Program-made: the position numbers and the translations under genes
Shown: positions 37,906 to 46,962 of the stretch, piece by piece
Position numbering within the stretch: the first letter of the stretch is position 1
Layout of the letters: each line of letters opens with the position of its first letter
Assembly (NCBI GenBank): GCA_023228425.1
Contig: JALOBE010000012.1
Location: 4,458 to 68,457, forward strand
DNA: 64,000 nt
Origin: Syntrophales bacterium
Lineage (GTDB): Bacteria; Desulfobacterota; Syntrophia; Syntrophales; UBA2210
Direction: 5' to 3'
The notes under the pieces: generated by a model
Database searches by the model: none
What the model saw: only the letters and a program-made list of their open reading frames with translations
What the model was told of the DNA's origin: nothing

Positions 37906-39641
37906 GGTTCATGCTCCAGACACGCCTTCAGAGAGAGCAGATTCTCCCGCACCGCCTCCGGCGTCAGATGCGCCTTGAGCACTGCCTCGTAGCGTTCTTT
38001 CTGCTCCATGAAAATGGAATGGATTCCATCCTGGTATCGCCGGTTCATTTCGCGGGAAATCATTCGAAGCTCCCGGTAGATGAACAGTTCGACGGAACCT
38101 TTGGTGATGAGGGGGGCAAGAACAGCGTCGAAGGCGAGCTCCAACAGCGCGAGTCCGCCGCCCATGACCGTCTGGAAGGATAGTATGGCTGCCCCCCAGA
38201 GTACCGACGTCGTGTAGATTCCCAGCCGCTTGCTTTTCGGAAGGCCTGCTTCAAGATCACGGATCGTTGTTTCGAGCCACCCGGCCAGGTTCTCCTGCTC
38301 CCGGGAAATCCGGGCTTCCACCGTCTCCGTGCCGAGGGGCAGGCGATTATCCCGAAGCGCCTTGAACAGAGGAGCATCCGGATCAGGGGGGGAAAGGTTT
38401 TCAAGCACGAGCCGGTTCAACCGTTCCATTGCTTCTACCAGAGGCATCGTGTCGACTTGTCCGCGGACCTTCAGCAGCTCCTGTCCTCTTCCCCCGGCAG
38501 ATCCTGAACCGCCGGGGATGAGAAACAGGAAGGGTGCCCGGAGGATGGACATGATGTATTGCCGGGGCCTCGCAAGCAGGTCATAGGCACTGAATATCGC
38601 GCGGAGTTCTTTTTTAAGAGTCTGCAGATTGTGTTCGCCGTACCGGGCAGCCATGGTATCGAGCAAGGCCCCGGACTCGTGAGCTGTGAGGTCGTCGAGC
38701 TCTTTCAGCCACGCCCTCCCTGCCTCTTCCTCCTCCCGGGAACAGATCAGCAGCCGTCCCGTCTTTTCCGTCAGTATCCGCCTGAACCGTCTTTCTTCTT
38801 CTTTGATGACGTCATGCAGGGCCGAGGGCGGATACTCGTCAAGAACGGCGTCTATGAACCTCTGAAGACCGGCCTTCAGAATGTCTTCCGGTTTTTCGGC
38901 ATTGTTGATGAACGGTATGGTAAAAAAATGACTGTCTCGAATCGGAATGCCCCGGTCTCTGAAAACGGCCGGCAGCTCATCCTCCACCTGACTTTTGTCC
39001 GCTTTATTGAAAAGCAGGTAAAATGGTTTGCCTTCGCGGTGCATTCTCTGGAGAAGACTCGACGGGATCAGGTCGGCATATTTCTCCTGGCTCGTCACAA
39101 AGACGATCACGTGGGAAAGAAGGTACAGAGCCTCCGCGATGCTTCGGTGGCGGCGTTCAACAGAGTCCACATCGGGGGTATCGACAAATACAAGGTGGCG
39201 TCTGCTGTCGTCATCATGCTCGACGTACACAAAATAATGTTCCCGAGGATCGTCGTTGAAGGACGGAACAGTATCCACGGGTACGCGTTTCAGCCTCATG
39301 GAGGAAAAGGGAAACCCCTCTTCTATCGACAACCCGCGGTGGCCGGAGGCGACTGGTGATGTGGTGGTGGGACGTTCGACGCCGGCGGGGCTCACCTCTC
39401 GACCCGCGAGCCCGTTGAAGACCGTCGATTTCCCCGTTCCCGTACCACCCATGCAGGAAACCCACAGGCATGGAAGACGCGCCCGGTAAAAATAGACGGC
39501 ATACTCCTGTTCGAGTTCCCGTGCCGTCCCCAAGAGCTCTCCTGCCGATCGGGTCAAGCCGGGAAACTGTATACTGTGCCAGGAAATCCCTCTGAGCAGG
39601 GCGAGCGCATTCGTCGAGCCGAAATCGGCCGTGGGGATCAT
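37902..39641 (-). CDS. membrane-anchored P-loop GTPase, dynamin-like architecture (paralogue A)
   Basis: GGTGTGKST, DTPDVDS, TSQEKYAD, NKAD. Helical region and the hydrophobic segment LGIYTTSVLWGAAILSFQTVMGGGLALLELAF. Its stop overlaps the start of paralogue B (ATGA). Confidence 0.7.
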   Translation of the reverse strand: MIPTADFGSTNALALLRGISWHSIQFPGLTRSAGELLGTARELEQEYAVYFYRARLPCLWVSCMGGTGTGKSTVFNGLAGREVSPAGVERPTTTSPVASGHRGLSIEEGFPFSSMRLKRVPVDTVPSFNDDPREHYFVYVEHDDDSRRHLVFVDTPDVDSVERRHRSIAEALYLLSHVIVFVTSQEKYADLIPSSLLQRMHREGKPFYLLFNKADKSQVEDELPAVFRDRGIPIRDSHFFTIPFINNAEKPEDILKAGLQRFIDAVLDEYPPSALHDVIKEEERRFRRILTEKTGRLLICSREEEEAGRAWLKELDDLTAHESGALLDTMAARYGEHNLQTLKKELRAIFSAYDLLARPRQYIMSILRAPFLFLIPGGSGSAGGRGQELLKVRGQVDTMPLVEAMERLNRLVLENLSPPDPDAPLFKALRDNRLPLGTETVEARISREQENLAGWLETTIRDLEAGLPKSKRLGIYTTSVLWGAAILSFQTVMGGGLALLELAFDAVLAPLITKGSVELFIYRELRMISREMNRRYQDGIHSIFMEQKERYEAVLKAHLTPEAVRENLLSLKACLEHEP

Positions 39642-39834
39642 AGAGTATTCGATTCCTTGATACCGTACTAGGAAGCACTCGGCGGGACGATCGAAGCCGT
39701 CCGGTCATGGTACTCCACATAAACGCTCATGAAGCCTACCAGATAGCACACCAAACATCAACGCGAATGATTCAGCGCGCATTGTAAACCGTCCCTTGAC
39801 TTTCGACGCTAACCCGGGCTAGCTACTGTACATT

Positions 39835-41283
39835 ATGAAGAAAGTATCGCCCGCCATACTGCTCGTCAACCCCTGGATTCACGACTTCGCGGCTTTCGAT
39901 GCCTGGTCGAAACCCCTGGGTCTGCTATATATTGCATCGGTGCTGAGGGCTGAAGGTTTTTCCGCCAGGATTATCGACTGCCTTGACTGGCGGCACCCTT
40001 CACCACGTCCCGGACCGAAAAGGCTGGATAACGGGAGTGGACACTTTCGCAAAACGGAGATTCCAAAACCCGCGTCCATCGCTCATATACCACGAAAATA
40101 CAGCCGGTATGGCATGGATCCTCTTGACTTCAGGAGGGATCTCCTGAGCCATGAAAAACCCGACGCCGTTTTCATAACTTCCATGATGACCTACTGGTAC
40201 CCCGGCGTTTTTGAAGCTATCGGCATCGTAAAGAAATGCCTGCCGGGAGTCCCGGTGGTTCTCGGAGGAATCTACGCGACCCTCTGCCCGGATCATGCCC
40301 TGAAGTTCTCCGGCGCCGACCTGGTGGTCACCGGTGATGTTCTTCCCGCGGCTCCGGGGAGAGTACACCTCTCATCCGCCGCCGGCGGGCGCATGCGGAC
40401 TCCGTCGAACCTTCAGGGTATCCTTGAAGAAGTTGTCGGTTGTGCCTTGGATATGCACTCCCGTTACGACAGTCTCGATGCTCTGCCCTACCCTGCCTAT
40501 GACCTGCTTCCGGCCCCGGATGTGGTAGCGCTTGTCACCTCCAGGGGCTGTCCTTATTCCTGCACCTACTGTGCTTCGCCGTACTTGCATGAGAGTTTCG
40601 AGACCCGTGATCCCCATGCCGTTGTCGATGAAATAGCCTTCTGGAATGGCCAGATGGGCATCAGGAACTTCTCATTCTATGACGACGCGCTTCTCGTCGA
40701 TTCGAAAAACCGGGCCGTCCCCATGCTCGAAGAGATTATTCGGCGAAAGCTCGACTGTTCATTCCATTGCCCGAACGGACTCCATATCAGGGAAATCAAT
40801 CGCCAAACGGCATCGCTGCTTTACCGGGCGGGCTTCAAAACCCTTCGTTTCGGCCTTGAGACCGCCGGAGCCAGGGAGCAGATCGAATTCGACGTCAAGG
40901 TATCTGACGAAGAAGCTGAACAGGCCGTCCGTTACCTGATCGAGGCGGGATACCGGGGAGAAGACATCGGCATGTACCTCCTCTGCGGACTGCCCGGGCA
41001 GGAGGTTTCGAACGTCATGGCCGGCATAGCCTTTGTGGCGTCTCTTGGCGCATATCCCATTATAACTGAATACTCCCCGATCCCCGGGACCTTTCTGTGG
41101 CACGATGCCGTTGCCGTCTCGAGCCTCGATCTTGAGAAGGAACCCCTGTTTCACAACAACACTATTCTTCCCTGCGGAGGTGCTACAATGAGCACCACTG
41201 CCCGGCAGGATGTAAAGACAGCGGCCCGGGCCTGTCGAAAAACCTTGATTCAAGGCGGGGAAACCATTAGTATGCACGCATAA
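39835..41283 (+). CDS. B12-binding-domain (class B) radical SAM protein
   Basis: The N-terminal part LLVNPW...LGLLYIASVLRAEGF...VFITSMMTYW...VVLGG is the cobalamin-domain pattern; then TSRGCPYSCTYCAS. Confidence 0.8.
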   Translation: MKKVSPAILLVNPWIHDFAAFDAWSKPLGLLYIASVLRAEGFSARIIDCLDWRHPSPRPGPKRLDNGSGHFRKTEIPKPASIAHIPRKYSRYGMDPLDFRRDLLSHEKPDAVFITSMMTYWYPGVFEAIGIVKKCLPGVPVVLGGIYATLCPDHALKFSGADLVVTGDVLPAAPGRVHLSSAAGGRMRTPSNLQGILEEVVGCALDMHSRYDSLDALPYPAYDLLPAPDVVALVTSRGCPYSCTYCASPYLHESFETRDPHAVVDEIAFWNGQMGIRNFSFYDDALLVDSKNRAVPMLEEIIRRKLDCSFHCPNGLHIREINRQTASLLYRAGFKTLRFGLETAGAREQIEFDVKVSDEEAEQAVRYLIEAGYRGEDIGMYLLCGLPGQEVSNVMAGIAFVASLGAYPIITEYSPIPGTFLWHDAVAVSSLDLEKEPLFHNNTILPCGGATMSTTARQDVKTAARACRKTLIQGGETISMHA

Positions 41284-41293
41284 CGTGATTCCT

Positions 41294-41551
41294 ATGAATG
41301 GTATTCTGTGGTGGACAAAACAGATCGCTGTTGCTGTTATTTCGGTGCTGTTCCTCATCAAGGGCATCCATGTCCTTGTGGGTGCCTACCAGCTTGACAA
41401 CCCCTTTGAATTCATTATGTACTTTTTCTCGTCATGCCTGCTCATCCTTGTCAGCGCCAGCATCCTTCTCTATCCGGCCTTCAGGATCTATGGAAGGATC
41501 CGGGGAGAAAAACAGGAACAGGGACATGCAGGGGAGAGTTCCCATGAATAA
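41294..41551 (+). CDS. small 2-TM membrane protein
   Basis: MNGILWWTKQIAVAVISVLFLIKGIHVLVGAY...FIMYFFSSCLLILVSASILLYPAF. Wedged between the rSAM stop (41283) and the M16 start (41544, 8-nt overlap). No clear SD; alternative GTG at 41285. Confidence 0.5.
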   Translation: MNGILWWTKQIAVAVISVLFLIKGIHVLVGAYQLDNPFEFIMYFFSSCLLILVSASILLYPAFRIYGRIRGEKQEQGHAGESSHE

Positions 41552-43082
41552 ACGACGCCGGATTTTTGCGGCCCCCTCCCTGTTCGGGGGAGCCGGAGTC
41601 TCGTGTTTTCTCTGTTTTCTCTGGTTCTTCGGAACATCACAGGCCTTCGCCATCGACCTGGAAAAGCGGGTGAACAAAACGGTCATGAATAACGGTATCA
41701 CCCTCCTGGTCATGGAGCGTACAGTCAGCCCCACGGTTTCCATCTATATACAGCACCGCGCGGGCGCCGTGGATGAAGACAGCGGATACAGCGGAGCCGC
41801 CCATTTGCTTGAACACATGATGTTTAAGGGAACCAGAACCATCGGCACCTCAGACTACGATGAGGAGTCGCGCTTGAGACAACGGATAGAGGAACGAGTC
41901 AGGCGTCTTGAAATCACGGTGAGGACGGAGGGATCCGGTTCAGAGGCCGCCCGGGCACTGGAAGAGGAAATCAGACGCCTGGAAGATGAGAAAAGAAGCT
42001 ACATACGATCGAATGAAATCGACCGTCTCTACCGTGAGCGGGGAGGCGTGGGCCTGAACGCGGCCACCGGGCATGACATGACATCCTACATGGTGAGTCT
42101 GCCGTCCAACAGCCTCGAGTTGTGGGCCCGTATCGAATCGGACCGCCTGTCGAACCCTGTTTTCAGAGAGTTTGTCCAGGAGCGAAATGTCGTCATCGAG
42201 GAGCGCCGGCAGGTCGTTGACTCCCGGCCGGAACGGCAACTTATGGAACTGTTCCTGGCGGCGGCTTTCATCGCCCACCCCTACGGACACCCCGTTATAG
42301 GATGGCCCGCTGACATACCCCGAATCGACAGAGACTACCTCCTCCATTTCTTCGCGACCCGTTACAGACCTGAAAACACGGTCATCACCATCGTGGGTGA
42401 TGTCCGCACCGAGGAGGCGGCCGGCCTGGTACGGCGGTATTTCGGTTCCCTGGGAAACGGCGTGCCGCCGGGATCGACACTTCGAAACATAACGGATGAG
42501 CCTCCACAGAGAGGTGAACGGCGTACCACCCTTCGATCCGGCGCCTCGCCCCGCCTTCTCCTGGGGTTTCACAAGCCGGCTTTCCCGGCCTATGAGGACG
42601 CCGTTTTCGACGTACTTGAACTCGTTCTGGCGGGAGGAAGGTCATCCCGCCTGTACCGGTCCCTCGTCACTGAGCGGGGTATCGCCGCTTCGGTTCGGGT
42701 TTCAAACGGATTTCCCGGAGAGCGGTATGACAACCTGTTCATCATCGCCGCCGAACCCATGACGGGCAGGAGTCTCGCGGAACTCGAGGACGCGCTGTAC
42801 AGTGAACTGGATCGTCTCAAAGACGAGCCCCTCCCGGAACGAGAACTTCGAAAGGCCAAAAACCGGATTAAAACTGATTTTCTGCGCGGCTTCGATTCGA
42901 ACAACGGCATCGCGAGGCTCCTGTCATATGTCGAAACTCTCACGGGAGACTACCGGGAGGTGACGACCTATCTGGAAGCCGTCGAATCCATCACGGCCGA
43001 GGACATAATGAATGCCGCGTCGTCCCGACTAACGTCATCGAACAGAACCGTTGCGGTTCTTATACAGGACGAAACTCCATGA
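41544..43082 (+). CDS. M16 (pitrilysin) family peptidase, active-type subunit, secreted
   Basis: Signal peptide MNKRRRIFAAPSLFGG...GTSQAFA, HLLEHMMFKGT (HxxEH), ERNVVIEE. SD GGGGAGAG before ATG 41544; the track ORF extension to 41298 is rejected. Confidence 0.85.
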   Translation: MNKRRRIFAAPSLFGGAGVSCFLCFLWFFGTSQAFAIDLEKRVNKTVMNNGITLLVMERTVSPTVSIYIQHRAGAVDEDSGYSGAAHLLEHMMFKGTRTIGTSDYDEESRLRQRIEERVRRLEITVRTEGSGSEAARALEEEIRRLEDEKRSYIRSNEIDRLYRERGGVGLNAATGHDMTSYMVSLPSNSLELWARIESDRLSNPVFREFVQERNVVIEERRQVVDSRPERQLMELFLAAAFIAHPYGHPVIGWPADIPRIDRDYLLHFFATRYRPENTVITIVGDVRTEEAAGLVRRYFGSLGNGVPPGSTLRNITDEPPQRGERRTTLRSGASPRLLLGFHKPAFPAYEDAVFDVLELVLAGGRSSRLYRSLVTERGIAASVRVSNGFPGERYDNLFIIAAEPMTGRSLAELEDALYSELDRLKDEPLPERELRKAKNRIKTDFLRGFDSNNGIARLLSYVETLTGDYREVTTYLEAVESITAEDIMNAASSRLTSSNRTVAVLIQDETP

Positions 43083-44575
43083 ACAAAAAATTCCCCTGGT
43101 TAGTGACGGTTTTGCTGTTGATCCTGCCGCTCGTGGGTTGCGCCCCGGCCTCTTCTCCTCTTTTGAAGGATCCTGAAAATCTTCTCTATCCTCCGCTCCG
43201 CTTTGACCCGCCCCGGGCGGAGCGTTTTGAGCTTGACAACGGGATGACGCTCTTTTTCCTGGAAGATCGCGAAATTCCTCTCGTCAGGCTTTCGCTGGCG
43301 GCACGAGCCGGATCGGTCTATGATCCCCCCGGCCGTGAAGGTCTGGCGGAGATTGCCGGGTCAGTCATGCGGACCGGAGGAACACCGGCCATGAGTCCCG
43401 ACGAGTTCGACGACGAACTGGATTATCGCGCAATCGACCTCGATGTGTCGGTAACGGCGCAGACGCTGCTGGTAACCCTTACGGTCGCGGAGGATTATTT
43501 TGACGATGCCCTGGCGCTCCTGGGGAACATGATGATGACACCGCTCTTCGACCCGGAGCGCCTTGAACTGGCCCGGCGCATCAAGATCGAGGAGTTGAAG
43601 CGGCTTCCCGACAACCCCCAGGCTCTCGCTTTTCGAGAATTCACGAAACTTCTCTACCGGGATTCCTCCTGGGGAAGGCCGCCGTCGATAGCTTCAGTGG
43701 AAGCCCTGACCAGGGACGACTGTCTGGATTTTCTGAGCCGTCACCTCTCTCCCGATACGATCATGATCTCCGTGAGCGGCGCTGTGACCGCGGAAGAGGC
43801 GAAGACAAAACTTTCGAAACACTTCGGATCATGGCGAGCGGCCGCTCCCCTGCCGCCCGTCGAAGCCCCCTCCCCCTCCGTGTCAGGCCCTCTCCGGCAC
43901 ATCCATAGAGAGGTCCCCCAGTCGGTGATCGTCATCGGCCACATCGGCCCCGGAAAAAAAAGCGCCGACTACTACGCCATGACCGTACTCGATTTCATCG
44001 TGGGCGGCGGCTTTCGATCACTGATGTTCCTCGAAATCAGGACCCGGAAGGGGCTCGCCTACAGCACGGGCACTTTGTACAATCCACGAAGCGATTTCGG
44101 CGTTCTTGCCGCCTACGCCATGACCGGCCCGGACACAACAGCTTCCGTGATCGAATCCACTCTGTCTATTCTCGAAACGGTGAAGGTCCGTCCGGTGGAT
44201 GAAGAAACACTCCGCTGGGCACGGAATGCTCTGACGAACAGTCATATCTTCTCGTTCCTCTCGCCACACCAGATCGCCCTCGGACAGATGATGGATGAAT
44301 TTGAAGGACTTCCCCCGGATTTCCTTCGAAGGTATCCCGAAGGCATCAATGCCGTTACGGCCGATGACCTGCAGCGGGTAGCCGCCACATGGCTTGACGG
44401 CGGCTACCGCACCATAGTGGTTCTCGGTGACTCTTCCCGCTTTGACCAGCCCCTTTCCCGTTTCGGCACCTCCCTGAAACTGGATAGCGATCTTGTCGTG
44501 GATCCGGGGGAAGAAATGCGGGTTTTACAAACAAAACCTCACCAGATAAGAAAGAATGAAAAGCCATGCCCATAA
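43079..44575 (+). CDS. M16 family peptidase-like lipoprotein, non-catalytic-type subunit
   Basis: Lipobox LLILPLVGC, M16 fold pattern but no HxxEH. ATGA overlap with the preceding M16 gene. Confidence 0.8.
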   Translation: MNKKFPWLVTVLLLILPLVGCAPASSPLLKDPENLLYPPLRFDPPRAERFELDNGMTLFFLEDREIPLVRLSLAARAGSVYDPPGREGLAEIAGSVMRTGGTPAMSPDEFDDELDYRAIDLDVSVTAQTLLVTLTVAEDYFDDALALLGNMMMTPLFDPERLELARRIKIEELKRLPDNPQALAFREFTKLLYRDSSWGRPPSIASVEALTRDDCLDFLSRHLSPDTIMISVSGAVTAEEAKTKLSKHFGSWRAAAPLPPVEAPSPSVSGPLRHIHREVPQSVIVIGHIGPGKKSADYYAMTVLDFIVGGGFRSLMFLEIRTRKGLAYSTGTLYNPRSDFGVLAAYAMTGPDTTASVIESTLSILETVKVRPVDEETLRWARNALTNSHIFSFLSPHQIALGQMMDEFEGLPPDFLRRYPEGINAVTADDLQRVAATWLDGGYRTIVVLGDSSRFDQPLSRFGTSLKLDSDLVVDPGEEMRVLQTKPHQIRKNEKPCP

Positions 44576-45819
44576 ACTCCAATGCCTACGCATCGATCTG
44601 TGACCGGATTGATTCCTACACCGACGACATGATCCAACTCCAGACCAGGCTTACCGCAATCCCCGCCATCGCGCCGGAAAACGGCGGCAACGGAGAACAG
44701 GAAAAGGCCCGGGCACTTCTGGGTATCCTTCAGGGCTGGGGCTTCAGGGACTTCACCTCCTATGACGCTCCCGACGAAAGAACATCTTCGGGTGTCAGAC
44801 CCAACGTCGTGTACACCCTTCAGGGACGAGACCGTGACCACACCGTGTGGATCATAACCCATCTCGACGTAGTCCCGCCGGGCGAGCTGTCGCTCTGGTC
44901 GGCGGACCCCTACCGGGCCGTCGTGAAAGACGGCAAGATATTCGGCCGTGGAACTGAAGACAACCAGCAGGACATGGTTTCCTCGATCATGGCGGCCAGG
45001 GCCTTTCTCGATACGGGCATTACCCCTGTGTCGAACATCGGCCTGGCCTTTGTCGCCGACGAGGAAACTGCAAGCGCGAAAGGCCTGGGCTACCTGCTGG
45101 AACATCACCGGCAGCTTTTCAAGGCCAGTGACTGTATCGTAGTTCCTGATTTCGGCAATGTCGATGGGTCAGGTATCGAGATCGCCGAAAAAAGCATGCT
45201 CTGGCTGCGTTTCAGAACCACAGGGAAACAGTGCCACGCCAGCGTTCCCTCCCTGGGCAACAATGCCATGGCAGCGGGGGCCCACCTCACGGTACGGCTC
45301 GAACGCCTGAAGACGGTATTCGCGGAAGCCGACCCCCTGTATGATTACCCCATCAGCACCTTCGAGCCGACGAAAAAAGAGGCCACCGTCCCCAATATCA
45401 ACACCATACCCGGTGAAGATGTCTTCTACCTTGACTGCCGCGTTCTTCCCCGCTACGACCTCATGGATGTTATGAAGAAAGTCCGGGAGATCACCGAAGA
45501 AATAGAGAACGAGCGGGGGGTCTCCGTCGAGGTCACCGTGATTCAGAGCGGGCAGGCCCCGGCGCCCACGCCGGTGGACGCGCCCGTTGTAAGACGTCTG
45601 AAGGAAGCCGTAGACGAGGTATACGGAATATCCGCGGTACCTGTCGGTATCGGCGGTGGTACGGTGGCGGCCTTGCTCCGAAGAGAAGGTCTCCCCGTGG
45701 CCGCCTGGTCAAAGGTGAACCGCACAGCCCACCAGCCTGACGAGCACTGCGACATAGCAACCATGACGGGAAACGCTAAAGTCTTTGCCAGACTGTTTCT
45801 TCAGGAACGGGAGGACTGA
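44566..45819 (+). CDS. M20 family metallohydrolase (ArgE/DapE/ACY1-like)
   Basis: ITHLDVVPPG, GRGTEDNQQDM, FVADEE. Start overlaps the M16B stop by 10 nt. Confidence 0.8.
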   Translation: MPINSNAYASICDRIDSYTDDMIQLQTRLTAIPAIAPENGGNGEQEKARALLGILQGWGFRDFTSYDAPDERTSSGVRPNVVYTLQGRDRDHTVWIITHLDVVPPGELSLWSADPYRAVVKDGKIFGRGTEDNQQDMVSSIMAARAFLDTGITPVSNIGLAFVADEETASAKGLGYLLEHHRQLFKASDCIVVPDFGNVDGSGIEIAEKSMLWLRFRTTGKQCHASVPSLGNNAMAAGAHLTVRLERLKTVFAEADPLYDYPISTFEPTKKEATVPNINTIPGEDVFYLDCRVLPRYDLMDVMKKVREITEEIENERGVSVEVTVIQSGQAPAPTPVDAPVVRRLKEAVDEVYGISAVPVGIGGGTVAALLRREGLPVAAWSKVNRTAHQPDEHCDIATMTGNAKVFARLFLQERED

Positions 45820-45832
45820 AAAAGGAAAAGAT

Positions 45833-45861
45833 TTGCAATCAATTTTCCGAAATGATAGTAT
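45833..45861 (+). promoter_or_regulatory. sigma70-type promoter candidate for the phoH operon
   Basis: TTGCAA (45833..45838), 17-nt spacer, TAGTAT (45856..45861), about 125 nt upstream of the phoH TTG start. Confidence 0.45.
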
Positions 45862-45987
45862 TTTTGTTTCATGCATACAACCTCGCCACAGAAAAACATT
45901 ACGGACCTTACGGACACGGTACCGGTTTACCGGTGTGCTCCGGCATCGGTTGGTGCCGGACGGTGACGTCACGAAGGGTGAGTTGTA

Positions 45988-46962
45988 TTGAATACGGAAC
46001 CATCACAGAACGTCTCTGTCAGAAAAATCGTTTTCCCTGACAATGCGGCGCTCAAGTCACTACTCGGCGAACATGACAGGAACGCCGGCAATATCGAGAA
46101 ACTTGAAAACGTAACGATCCGGAGCCGAGGAAACGCGGTTTCCGTATCGGGTGGAAGTGAAGAAGTTGACTTTGTCTGCAACCTTCTCGATCAGCTCTAC
46201 CTGATCATTGAAAAGGGTTACGCTGTCTATCCCCCGGATATCGAGTACGCCCACCGGATCTTATCGGGCGATATGAGCGTGAACCTGGAAAAAATATTTC
46301 TCGACACCGTTTTTATTTCCTCGAAGAAAAAGGTCATCACCCCGAAAAGCATCGCCCAGAAGTACTATATCGATACCATGAGAACCCATGATATTGTTTT
46401 CGGCATCGGACCGGCCGGTACGGGCAAAACCTACCTTGCCATGGCCATGGCCGTGGCAGCGCTCTTTGAAAAGCGGGTCGCCAGAATTGTCCTCACGCGA
46501 CCGGCCGTCGAGGCAGGGGAAAAGCTGGGGTTTCTTCCCGGGGATCTTGCCGAGAAGGTGAATCCCTACCTGCGGCCCGTCTATGATGCCCTTTACGACA
46601 TGATGGATTTTGAACGGGCCACGACCATGATCGAGAAAGGCATCATCGAGGTTGCCCCCCTGGCTTTCATGAGAGGAAGAACCCTCAACGATTCCTTCAT
46701 AATCCTCGATGAGGCCCAGAACACGACACCGGAACAGATGAAGATGTTTCTCACCAGGCTCGGTTACGACTCCAGAGCGGTCATTACGGGAGACGTCACT
46801 CAGACCGATCTACCCCCCGACAAGATATCGGGACTTGTCCACGCAGAATCATTGCTGAAAAAAACCGCGGGCATCGGTTTCGCCTATTTTTCGGATATCG
46901 ACGTTGTACGACACCCCCTGGTACAGGAAATCATCCGTGCCTACAACGGTGGGGGCGATTGA
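45988..46962 (+). CDS. PhoH-like ATPase (YbeZ)
   Basis: GPAGTGKTYLAMA, ILDEAQN. TTG start with AAGGGTGAG upstream. Confidence 0.9.
   Translation: MNTEPSQNVSVRKIVFPDNAALKSLLGEHDRNAGNIEKLENVTIRSRGNAVSVSGGSEEVDFVCNLLDQLYLIIEKGYAVYPPDIEYAHRILSGDMSVNLEKIFLDTVFISSKKKVITPKSIAQKYYIDTMRTHDIVFGIGPAGTGKTYLAMAMAVAALFEKRVARIVLTRPAVEAGEKLGFLPGDLAEKVNPYLRPVYDALYDMMDFERATTMIEKGIIEVAPLAFMRGRTLNDSFIILDEAQNTTPEQMKMFLTRLGYDSRAVITGDVTQTDLPPDKISGLVHAESLLKKTAGIGFAYFSDIDVVRHPLVQEIIRAYNGGGD

Noticed and set aside
41093-41112. TGGCACGATGCCGTTGCC, a sigma54 -24/-12-like string
   Set aside because: The GG-to-GC spacing is 12 nt instead of 10, and the string lies inside the rSAM coding region.
41298-41543. 80-codon N-terminal extension of the M16 ORF in the track
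   Set aside because: The extension is Ser/Cys/Leu-rich and overlaps the better-looking 2-TM ORF in another frame. ATG 41544 has a GGGGAGAG SD and yields a proper signal peptide.
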